A DNA stretch of 57,515 bases. It comes from an uncultured Bacilli bacterium (GTDB taxonomy: Bacteria > Bacillota_I > Bacilli_A > RF39 > UBA660). The position numbers and the translations under genes were made by a program. The notes beneath the pieces are model-generated. The model was given only the letters and a program-made list of their open reading frames with translations. It did no database searches and had not been told where the DNA came from. The first letter of the stretch is position 1; each line of letters opens with the position of its first letter. The stretch is from assembly GCA_947628495.1 (NCBI GenBank), contig CANRAC010000001.1:1-57515 (forward strand), in the 5' to 3' direction. This document shows, piece after piece, positions 9,701-20,700 of the stretch.

Positions 9701-10531
9701 GTTATTTGTCAAAAAGTAACTGATGAAAATATGCCCGGTGGGTATAGGTATGATTATTATACTACTAAATTAAGTACAGGTGTGCGTACAGGTGATAGTA
9801 TTATAAATACCTTAGAAGGTGCCAATACTATTTTCCCTACACGAAGAGGACTCGCTGCAATGAACTATCAAGCCTTTATGGCAACAAGTGATCAAGTGTT
9901 AAGTTATCTCAGCGACAAGATTAAAAATTTATGGACCGAATTCTATGATAATAGTGAAGTTATTAAAATTATTCAGCATAGAACTAAACTTATTTTAGTC
10001 AATGGCACTGGCACAATGCTTATTTATGATTTGTCTAAAGGCACTTGGTGGAGATGGACTCTACCAACTAAAACATTAGATATATTTACTGACCAAGTAC
10101 AATTGAGTATGATCGATCAAGACAAACTAACATTTAAAGACACTGAAGCTCGTTATATGGACTTTAGTGAAAGTGGTGAAAACTTACCAATAAATTGGTT
10201 TGTTATGTCGGAGCCATTACACATGAAGGCATCTAATTATTATAAGAACTTAAAGCAATTAGTATTTCAATTCTATGATGCTACTGAAACAAATAAAGAG
10301 AAAACTATTCAAGCACAGATTAAACTATATCGTAAGAAAATAACTTTACGTGACCCTGAGACAATTGCATTTACCATAGACAATTTACGAACCTTCGTGA
10401 AACGCTTTAATTACTGGAAGATAAATGAAGTACAATGGGCATTAGCTAATGATACAGAAACTGCTATACCAACTAAGCTCGAGCTCAATGGTATAAGTGT
10501 TAAATATGAGCTCGGAGAGGAGGTGAGATAA
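6782..10531 (+). CDS. large virion/tail protein, function unknown
   Basis: 1249-aa uninterrupted ORF with SD TAGGAGGTTATT-ATG. No motif recognised. Confidence 0.4.
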   Translation: MKTVKRTTTDIQTDDITNTNKYFNQMEFKGIQEDENIYTTDQEALRDANNVYVDDDERLVSRPTLQRNNDFPEGVVPEGFHIVDMKKVGDGTLYVSEQFIEHYDTRYSQPTPSHFKFKIVNLTYYKNGQMYSKKLYTTYHQRISTYNNYYEDGSNNLYGADINSEDFANLNLVPVNYIEFEFRADGNHEDYTYKATDWEEFNGYFAADQHKCWKTVSDDDDFVCGFKLKTQGWQTTKAVTSPLCPDVSVTGNTGNAYRTNSVRQLNFWGKCENPNAKVAIVNVNLISGFMTIAIADEIYWKTDIPLEVIKYKTYVYQNYIIVFSNMGAVILDINDTKGWCPLSDYADTPIVKRVIGSTVTTYEKNQLTNSYKEQYIYSKDSQIATPYRNKVVGVEITSPNGNLSYTYDKVGYHEEDKAKRNGEIGINDLATQVVKVLPGPTDNQSYRYSIKKGVIVRVASGGYEYFEISVDGGNHYDRVYYPFGPEEQYIFIGGQLSEDGNYVFVVTSAGVYHCNVGDYTWSEKEALEGMPWGADLIQFTALTSDKFALFVGRIVTTPGSFTFSRRLYFKGPGLFGTGQKYTDAGKKIGYIDGANYRMEDTDPTYASFDSLCLGIRDLAKDGAERIKMCMTKGWQGEEACAIVILADSNRDTNLATEKYSTVIVVLGGNNPLQSDRILSLYDNSNLNIGGIHELKYVTELDSAITTKLPNFKSVDYVLNMSIITGSQSDIDVNTDALNLPWNSKDNGRYWSWFAEVRQVGIYTTSVNDGKRSIPLSYNGMSRQSLPIARFDFASKAIGTYDSYIPVRTSNAYIQVRAGSYNSLSSNIAASRLAILPRNHSSGDWYWVPEIYNESLNTTIGTYHHQIIADGDYYYFITDDYSIITNNLGNNDLATLTYTFKDETPYTQLPDVTYSDTEFYLAFGNQLNITQNSTVDGKTYLNVPEINNQTFTDRITGMINISTTELAIFFENKIVICQKVTDENMPGGYRYDYYTTKLSTGVRTGDSIINTLEGANTIFPTRRGLAAMNYQAFMATSDQVLSYLSDKIKNLWTEFYDNSEVIKIIQHRTKLILVNGTGTMLIYDLSKGTWWRWTLPTKTLDIFTDQVQLSMIDQDKLTFKDTEARYMDFSESGENLPINWFVMSEPLHMKASNYYKNLKQLVFQFYDATETNKEKTIQAQIKLYRKKITLRDPETIAFTIDNLRTFVKRFNYWKINEVQWALANDTETAIPTKLELNGISVKYELGEEVR

Positions 10532-11727
10532 TGGAAGGGTTTTATGTACCTGGCTCATATAGCAGTTCGTATGTAAGCAATAAAGCTGATGAACAAGGAG
10601 CAAGATACTATGAAAATCAATCGATTGAAATTGGCAAGCAAACTCAAGCCGCTTTAACACAATTAAGTAGCAATTATGAACAGACTATCAATGATGCTTA
10701 CGCAAGTTATCTTGCCAGTCAACAATCAATTGGCAATTCAGCAATGGGCCAAGGTTATAAAGAAGCGTATTTAGAAATGGCTAAAAACCAGTTTCAAAAT
10801 AATATAATTAGTTCTAATCAATCATTAGAACAAGCTCAATTACAAATTCAACAACAGGGACAACAAGCGCAAGCAGCTCTTCAACAACAATTTGCTACAG
10901 ATACTGCTAATCTTGATAGATTTGTTACAAGCTTTGGTGCATACAAAGATTATTTAGCAAAACTCACCCCAAACCCTAATAACCAAAATGCAGTAATATC
11001 TGAAGGTCAATCTTATTTGTCTGAAGACCAAAAGAAAATGACAGTAGATGATTTATATAACTTCTTAATGGAAGCACAACCTGAAGGTTACGTAGATGAG
11101 AATGAGAATAGAGGTTTGACATTTACTGAATGGTTGAATTCACAATATGGTCCAGGCTCTAAAGGTAGTCAAGCTGACCAAGATTGGTTTAATTGGGCTA
11201 TGTTCCAAGGTGGGTATGATGACTTTAAAAACGCCCTCGCTAAAAAGGCAAATCAAACTGAAGCTAATCAGTATCAAGCAATAAAAGAGGAAGAAGCTCG
11301 TCAAGAAGCTGAAAGACAACGACAACTTGAAGAAGCGCGTTTAGCTGAAGAAAGACGTCAACAAGAACTTCGAGATAGGGTAGCTTCATCTAGTTATAAT
11401 GGACAAATAACTTCTACTAGTAATTGGAAGAAAATTAGAACAAATGGTAGTGGTTATGAAGGTAGTGGTAATGATGCAAATTATAGCATACAAACTGATA
11501 GTGGCACTTATCAAATCAAACGTAAAGTTGCTTTTGACTCTGACTTAAGTTATGATTTAGGTTCTGCTTTAAATGCTGAAAAGAAATTAGACAGTGGAGA
11601 ATGGCACGTTGGTGATATAATAAAATATAAAGGTAAGTATTACATCATTACCGATAAACGAAGCAAAGGAGCACGATTAGCTAAACACGGCCATGTTGAA
11701 TATTATGAAATTGATTATAAAATTTAA
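10531..11727 (+). CDS. Gln-rich coiled-coil virion protein
   Basis: 398-aa ORF. ATG overlaps the upstream stop (TAATG). Contains QQQGQQAQAALQQQ and EARQEAERQRQLEEARLAEERRQQE tracts. Confidence 0.4.
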   Translation: MEGFYVPGSYSSSYVSNKADEQGARYYENQSIEIGKQTQAALTQLSSNYEQTINDAYASYLASQQSIGNSAMGQGYKEAYLEMAKNQFQNNIISSNQSLEQAQLQIQQQGQQAQAALQQQFATDTANLDRFVTSFGAYKDYLAKLTPNPNNQNAVISEGQSYLSEDQKKMTVDDLYNFLMEAQPEGYVDENENRGLTFTEWLNSQYGPGSKGSQADQDWFNWAMFQGGYDDFKNALAKKANQTEANQYQAIKEEEARQEAERQRQLEEARLAEERRQQELRDRVASSSYNGQITSTSNWKKIRTNGSGYEGSGNDANYSIQTDSGTYQIKRKVAFDSDLSYDLGSALNAEKKLDSGEWHVGDIIKYKGKYYIITDKRSKGARLAKHGHVEYYEIDYKI

Positions 11728-11756
11728 GTGATGTGTAGAACACACTAGGAGGTAAA

Positions 11757-14700
11757 ATGGAAGTAAGAAATAAAGTCGGAAGTGATAGGTCCGATTTGTA
11801 TAGGGGTTCGGGTCAATTAGGTAGTACTTTAGACTACCTAATGTATAACGACCCATCAACCTACTATTATCAAAAATTAAGAAGCACCAATAATCAATAT
11901 CTTAGAGATGACTATTGGTCCGAGGCTGCTAGACGAGGTGAGACTGACCAGCTTTTAGCATCTTTATTAAGCTGGGAGAACTTAGACAGTAATTTACAAG
12001 CAGCTAAAAAAGAGTTAGAAAGTTTCACACAAACTGGTGATGAAGAAAAAGATAACAAAAAGAAAAAAGAGCTTGAAGATAAAGTAAATCATTTGTCAAA
12101 TTTAAATAGCAATTATCTTGACAAAGTTAAAGATTATGCTGATAAAGGTTATGAAGACTATAATACCTATATGCTTGCTATGACTTTACCATTGTTTGAT
12201 GACCCCGAAAAGAAAGAGCGAGTCGATGAAGCATCTGGTTATAACTTCGGCTCGTATACTGATAAAGAATGGGCTGAAAAGGTTCTTGACTCAATTTTTG
12301 AGAGGTATGACGTTCAAATCGCTGAAGCTGAAAAAGAAAATATGAACTGGTTCCAAAAAGTTGGTGCGACAATAGGTTCTGGACTTCTAAGCTTTGTTGG
12401 TGGCGTCGTTAACTTTTTTGGCGATGTTGTTAATTTAGGCGAAGGTATTTTAAATTGTTTCTTCAACTTTAGTGATGATGCTACCTGGAATGACAGGTTC
12501 TTATGGGCATTTAGTGATGAGTCGACTGGGTTCTTTGAACAAGCAGGTGATTTGTTTAATGATATGGCTTATAAAGTAGCGTATGAATCTACTGATATGG
12601 TTAATATGGTTGATGCATATGATGCTGGTTATCGTCCAGCAAGTTGGGAAGGCATGATTTTTGGTACCGACAGAAGTCAAGGCGTTGGAGCAAGTTATAG
12701 AACTTGGGGCAAATGGTGGTCTGGAGCATTCTCTTCAATTGGCTATATGTTGCCATCAATGGTAATTAGTGCTGGAGTCAGTGCAATACCAGGTGGTGCA
12801 GCAATTGCTGGTAAAGTAGGTACTTCAGTATTTTATAGTGGTATCTTTTCAGGTAATATTAGTGATACTGTGAGTGCTGCGGCAAATGAAGGTATAAGTT
12901 ATAAAGACCTTAATGCTGGTGAAGTAGTTTCAAACGGCTTAATTAAGGCCGGCTTACAATGGGCGGTTGAAGTTGCTTTAGGTAAAATCTTAGGTTTTAG
13001 TGGACTAGACCAAGCAATAGGTATCGGTCGTGGCGCTGGTAAATTTGGCAATCTTGTTGGAGGTATGGGTGGTAAACTAGGCGCTATTGGCGTTACTGCA
13101 TTACGAGCCGGCCGTAGTATGGCTAAAGAAGGTCTTGAAGAAGTTTTACAAGATATGTCTGACTCTTTTGTTGATGCTATCTATGGCACAACAAATAGCA
13201 AAATAGCTGACCTATATTCTAGTAGAGCTCTTGAGACTATCAACCCTATGAACTTATTAGAGTCATTTGTTGTTGGTGCCTTAACTGAGGGCGTCATTAG
13301 TAGTTTACAAGGTGTTAAATATATTCTACCTAAAAACCGCGCAGTTCAAACAGATATAGACGGCAATGTTCAAGCTATGGGTTTCTTCCAGACATTAAAC
13401 TTTAATGCTGCTCTAGAAACTATGAATGACTGGAACAACATATTAAATGATAGTAAAGCAACTACAGAGGCTAAAGCTGATGTGGCTATGAAAATGAGTG
13501 CTGCTATCAATACTATTGGTTCCGTTTTAAAAAGCTTTGGACAATCTGATGCACTTAAAGTAAATCAAATACTTGATATCTATGCTGCTGGAGAAAAGAA
13601 AACTGAGTTGCTTGAAAAAGCAAATTTAAGTAACGAACAATATGCTACAAAATTATATGACTCATTCTTAACACATTATGCTGAAGTTGAGCGTAAATAT
13701 GTGCCTAAACCATTAAAAACCAAGATTAAAGAAACATTTGCCAAACTGGCAGATAAGTTTAAAAAGAAAGGTGTGACTGAAGTCAACAATATAATCACTA
13801 ATAAGATTGACGGCAATGACCCAGACGTGCCATTAAAATCAAACAATGTTGAAAACTTTAAAGCAGCACTTGAGAAATTAGGTGCTGAGGCAATTATTGG
13901 TACTAATGGTAATATTATTACTAAATCTGAAGACATTGTTGTTGTACCTAATAAATTGTTAGAGACAGGTGACCTTGCAACCATTATTCAAGGTGTTGCA
14001 TTCGACCAAGTTCAACAGGCCGTCATTAGTGCTTTAAGTCCTGCTCAACGTAAAATGATTGTTAGACAATATGAAAAAGCTACTGGTACTACATGCACTA
14101 CAGAGCAAGCCGTTCAAGCATTATTGTTTGATAAGGCATTCTATACTAGAATATTATTAGCAAGTGAAGAAGGACATAAATATAACGTCGAGGCCTTACA
14201 AGTATTAGCAACAATAAATAAAGTTGTTCAAGCTAAAGCATCTCCGTTATTAAAAAACGGCAAGTTAGCAAATGACGCTTATAATGTTTTAATGCAGAAA
14301 ATTCAAAAGACAATGCAAACCGGTTTAGTTACTTATTGTACTAAATATGCTCGTATTGACTTAGGTGAAATAACAAATGATATATTGTCACCTGAATTAA
14401 AAGAAGTAATTAAAAACCATCAAAATACAATCTTTAGTGAATTTGTCGATGAAGGTATTAAAGATACGAAGACTCAAGCTCCTGACTCTGAGAGGACGAC
14501 AAGGTTTGATACCTATCTTCAAAAGTTTTCGAGTTCATTAAGTGCTGAAGAGATAACAGAGTTAAAACAAAAAGCAAGAAGTACTAATGTTAATGATAGA
14601 GTTGACGCATATACAATGTTAACAGTTTTAAGTAGAAATAGCACTAGTCCTAATGCAACAAAAGATAAACTTGTTTATTTGCCAACTTCTCCAGACGGTA

Positions 14701-17700
14701 TTATTGAGCGTGAACATTTACAAAATGTCGAGAAGTTCTTTGGTCTAACTTGGGCTGAACTTATTTCAGGTAATTATGATGCTTCTAAGATTACTCAAGA
14801 AGGACGTAATTTCATTCAAGCTCAATATGATATGAGTGATAGGGCCTCCAGATTGGCTTGCATAAGAGATGCATTGTTTAATATCTCAGGCGGAACATTA
14901 ACTGTTGGTATGGATGGCTCAATTCTCGAGATAATGGAAAAAGACAAATTTGTTAAAGATAAGTATCTTGGCAAAGAAGGCACTAAAGCCTTTAGAGACG
15001 ATTTACGTAAAGGTGTAATTAAAACTGTTGCTGACGTAGTTAAAGTCGACTTAAAGAATAGTACTATCAAGAATATGAAACTTGTTAGAAGTGACACACT
15101 TAATGGTGCTAAAGGTGCATTTGTCTATGGTGATGACCATATTAGTTTCAGTGCTGGTGCAGACGTTAATACATTTATGCATGAATTAACTCATGTTACT
15201 CAATATGCATTAGATGTCACTGGTCAATCTGCTACTGGCGGTTATGCTGGTATGTTTAAATATATGACACCTGAGGCAGCTAAGTCATTAGACAACTATA
15301 TTGCTGAGAAGTTCCCGCTCACATATAATTATATGGTAAATCATAAAATATCTACTTATAATACTATATACTTTATGTTGGCAGGTGAACTACAAGCAAA
15401 TAGTACACTTGGCACTCATATGTTTGACGTCGGTTTCACATTCGATAAAGCCGGCACAGTTCTTGTTAGTCCAGATGGTAAAGAGCGTTGGAACTTAAAA
15501 GCTAATCAGTCTGATGCTCAAAAACAATTTAGACGAAATGTAGCTAAGGCTCGTCGAGAACTGAGTAAAGAGATTAAAAATCAGCAACAAGCAAATACTA
15601 CTGAAAATACTCAAACTACAAAAGCTACTACTGAAGCTAAAACTGAAACTAAGGCTGCTAGTCAATTAGACGAGAGAACCACTAAAGCATTAGATGAAGT
15701 AGTTAATAAAAATGTAAAGAAGGCAACTCGTGCTACTATCAATCAAGTGAACAATGCTACATTATATAAGGGTATGAATGTAAGTAAAGTCACTGAATTT
15801 GATAATACTAAAGGCAATAAGAAACGTATAGTGTCAAATGCTATATGGCTTACTGACAATAAGAATGTTGCTGAGTCTTATGCTAATAATAAACGAGCTT
15901 CTGCAACTGTTTATGATAGTAAAGTATCTATAAGCAATCCATTAGTCATCGATGCTAAAGGCCAAGCATTCTCTAGTATTATGGGTAACATTACGTCTGA
16001 CCAAATTGCAGTATATGCTCAAGAGCATGGCTATGACTCCCTTGTTATAAAGAATGTTCTTGATATTGGTCCATATTTAGGTAATGTGACTAATAGAGAA
16101 AATAGTATGAAACCAAGTACAGACGTCGTTATATTTGATAAAACTAAAGCAAAGATAACAAATGAAACTAAATACAGTGAGGATGAGACTTTAGACAATT
16201 TAGATAAAGAGTATACTGCTACTAAGCAAGAAGATAGAGGACAATTAGTTGGTGCAAACAAAAAGACTCAAGACGCATTTAATAATTTATCTGAAGATGC
16301 TATTGTTCAAATTATGAATTCAACTTCAGAAGATGTTGATTTAACACCTGAAGAAGAGCAATACGGTCTAGAGTTAGCAAAGGCATTGAAGATTAGACGT
16401 TTAACTCCTAAAGAAGAGTTTGCTCTAATGGGAGTTAAGGCCGAGGACTTTGCTCGAATTGCAGCCAATCAGAGTGATGCAAGTTTGTATCATTTAGCCG
16501 GAGATAGTATTATTGTTGACGTACTTAAAAATATATTCGACAAACTATATACAGATGGCTACTTAACCAAACCTGTTCGTTTAATAGAATTCTTTGCTGG
16601 TTATGGTGCACAAAACTTTGCTCTTGACTATTTAGGTAAAGATTACGAAAGTTGGAAAATTGCTGAATGGGCTGTAAAATCTATTCAAGCTTACAAAGAT
16701 GCTCATCATTCAACTGATACTAAGGACTATGCTGCTAATATGACTAAATCTGAGCTACTAGATTATTTAGTAAATATTGGTGTAAGTCTAAACTACAATA
16801 GTCCGGCAGGTCGTGAGTCTTTAAATACTAAGAGTCTACAAGAGTTAAAAGATATTTACAATAACATTCAGGCCACTCATAACTTAGTCAATATTCAAAA
16901 AGTGACTGGTGAGAGTTTGGAAATCACTGACACAGATAGTCATGATTATGTATTAACCTATTCGTTCCCTTGTCAAGATTTATCTCGGGCTGGTAAACGA
17001 GCGGGTATGCACGGTCAAGATACTTCTACTGGTACTCAGTTATCTTTGTTTGAAACAATTGAAAATGCTAGTCAAATCGAAACTCAAACACGTAGTGGTC
17101 TATTATGGGAAGTCGACAGAATATTAAAAGAGTTGTATGATGCTGACAAACCATTGCCTCAAGTACTTATAATGGAGAATGTGCCTGAAGTGCATAACTC
17201 TGTTAATAGGACTGACTTCAAACAATGGTTATCTAATCTACAAAAATATGGTTATACTAATAGTTATACTGATATAAAAGGTAGTGATTATGGTATACCA
17301 CAAAAACGTGTTAGAACTATTATGGTAAGTACTTTAAATAATAAAGCATTTACTTTCCCAGCTAAACAACAATTAAAGTCGTCTATGATGGACTATCTAG
17401 ACAAGAATGTTGATAACAAATATTACTTAACTGATAAACAAGCTAGAACATTTATGAGCTATCGTGAGTCATTTGATAATAATAAAACTACTCATCCAAT
17501 CAATACAAGTATAGCCTCTACTTTGACTACTAAACAGGAGAAGCGAGCTCAAGGTGGTAACTTCTATAGTCCACTTGTTGATAATGACGTCGACTTATAT
17601 GATTTGTTACACCCAACTAAGAATAGTGTACAAAATACTATTGATGCTTTAAATCAAGTCAAAGCTGGTCAAAAGATAACTGCTAGTCAACAAAAAATGT

Positions 17701-20700
17701 GGAGTGAGGATCGTGATTTAAGTCTAAATAAAAATTCTCGTCGTAGAAATAAAATGACTCAAGAAGAATTAAATAAATATAACCGGGACAGATATATTAC
17801 TAATAAAGAAGCACGCAAGTCTAACTTGAAATACTATATTCAAAAAGGCGTTACTATTAGATTACATCCAGGTGTCGCAGCATTTGTTGAAGCAACTACT
17901 CACGATTTTACAAAATTACCAACTATATTGCAAAATAAAATAGTTTCAGGAAAATTACTTTATAGTGATATTCTTGACTATATTAACACTGCAGCAAATA
18001 TGGATGATTATACATTTAAGGCAATTGCTAAATATGTGTTTAATAATGAACGACTTGCCAAATTGGATGTTAAAACATTACTTAAATTAGAAGACAGCTT
18101 GCATGAATTTGCTATGGCTGCATATTTGACTAAAGAACCTGATAAATATTTAACACCTAAACAAATGGCAGATACTTATAAAGAAGTTATTGCAAATAGT
18201 AGTCCTGAAAAAATCGAATGGGCTCAAAAATTTACGGAAAATATAGTACGAACTGATAGAGGTGGACACAATAAATATATCGAAGCAATACCACAAACAA
18301 ATCAGCTCAATGAGTCATTCTTTAAAAAGTATGATGGCACATTAGCTGGTATGCGTGAAATAAATAATTTGGCTAAAGCTGTTGCTAACATATATGATAC
18401 TCATCAAGTAGCTCGAGAAAATCAAAAAACTGCTACAGTTGAATATGACTATAGCACTACCGTAATTATTAAGAAAAATGACGACATTTCTAAAACGCTA
18501 GATAGTATTGATAAAGTTGAGAAGATGAATACTATTGAAGCTTATTATACAGATGTATTGATTAAACGTTTACAAGAAAAAATGGCAACTGAAGGTATTC
18601 GACCTGATAAAGAAGCAGTAATTGCTTTGAGACGTAAAATCGACGACATGGTTGATGATTTAGATAAATTGTCCGACACTGAACTTAATGCTAAATATCT
18701 AGAAGTATTAAATCAGAATAGTCAACAAAAGAAAAGTCTATCTGCTGTTACTGCTACAGCTACAATGCAAAGAACACCATATGAAGAACAAGAACGTTCA
18801 ATAAAAAATATTAAAGATACGTTTAGAGGCGTTGGTCGTACAATGACTCGTTGGCTTAAAAGTACCGAAGATGCTACTGATACTGAAAGGTTCTATAATA
18901 GATTGCCTGACAATATTAAGAAATGGTTTGACCCAAATAATGGTTATAAGCTAGTTTCAGATTATTATAAACTAAGTAAACAAGAAATTCTCGACTTACA
19001 AAGTAAAATACAAGCCGCTCGTGACCAAGTGAAACATTGGGTGAAAGCTGAAGAAGCTACTAAAGTTGCACTTAAAAAAAGTAAAGAACGTTTGTCAAAA
19101 CTACAAAAAGAATATAAAACATATCGTGAAAAAACTGAGGCTACTTTGAAAGAGAATAAAACCTTACGTCAAAAGGTACAAGTTGAGCACGTAGTTCGTA
19201 TTGAGGGCACTAATGTTACAAGTAGTTCTCCATCAAACCGTGTTGTTGAAGAGATATTAAAGACTAGCTGGAATAAGAAACGTATGGGCGAAGTACAAGA
19301 GCTTGATAATAATATTGAGCATGCAGTGGCTAATGCAAATACGTTCTTTAAAGAAAATGCTAATACTTTATTGTCAGCAAGCACGACAGAACTTGAAGAA
19401 GCTATTGCATTCTTTGCTAATAATACTACTAAGTTGACTGAAGACGAATTTGCTCGATTTAATGCTTTAAGAACTTACTTCTTTGGTTGGGTGCTTGAAG
19501 CAAATAAGAATGGACAAATTACTCTTAATGCAAATCTTAAACAACAAGTAAACAATATTATGCGTAATATGGCATCTAACTATGGTACTGGTTTGGCTGT
19601 GTGGAATAATATTCGACAAAGGTTAAATCCATTAGATAGTATGCGTTCGCAAGATATTGAGGTTGGTGGTATCACCCTTAATGACGACTTAAAAGACAAG
19701 TTGTTTGATGCTATTGAGTCTAATGATGTTGACGTAATGACTAAAACATATGAAGAGATTACTGAGTGGCTTGACGAACAACAATCTAGCAAGAAGGGTG
19801 TATTAAGACGTATAGTCGGCGTGCGCTCAATGGCTATGTTGTCTTCTCCACTTACTTGGTTAAGAAATAAAATGTCTAACTTTATGTTAAAACGTTTAAA
19901 TACATTATCTAGTAAAATAGGTAATGCAATGTTTAAAGGTAAAACTATGGCTGGACAGTTGAAGATGAACCAACAAGTAACTCCTGAAATACAAAAGTTT
20001 ATTACTGACAATATTATTGATAACGGTTTCTTTGACACATTTGTATCTAACTTGTCTAAGTTTAATGTAAGTGATATTGTTGCTAAAAACCAAAATAAGA
20101 TTGCTAAAGGCGAAACTTTGACTAGAGAAGAGATTACTACTCACTTAGTTCTCAAAGCAATTTACAATGAATACTATAACAATAATATGTTTAAGTCTAA
20201 ATTGTTAAATGACTTGCATAAGAATTTAATGAAGGTGATGAGTGATGACTCTTATGTGCGTGAAGCTGCTGTAAGGTATTTTGGTAAGATATTAGCTGAA
20301 AAGAAATATAGTCTCAAAGATGGCAAAATGACTGATGCTATAATGAATGACTTCTCAACTGCTATTGGTCTTGCACTTAATGACTATATGCACTCTGACA
20401 ACTTCTTCAACAATGTTGAACGTTGGTTATCTGATAGAAGTGAGCTTGGTTGGTTTGCTTATAAATTGATAATGCCTTATGCTGCATCATCTTGGAACTG
20501 GTTTAAGGCTGCTATAAGATATAGTCCTATTGGTCTTGGTCGTGCTATTTATAGAATAACTCACCTTGAACAACAGGTGGCTAAAGCCGAAGCAGATTAT
20601 ATCGCAGGTAAATCTAATGTATCTCCTGAACTTACAGAATACTTAATTCGCCGCGACTTAGGCTCTGGTGTAATTGGTACTGTGGCTATGGGACTTGGTG

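Noticed and set aside
17580-17594. The DNDVD motif in the giant protein as a DxDxD catalytic loop of a virion RNA polymerase (crAss/YonO-like).
   Set aside because: It is an isolated pentapeptide right after the methyltransferase TRD, with no surrounding double-psi-barrel motifs that I can see. The phage also encodes a sigma factor, which implies it uses host RNAP.
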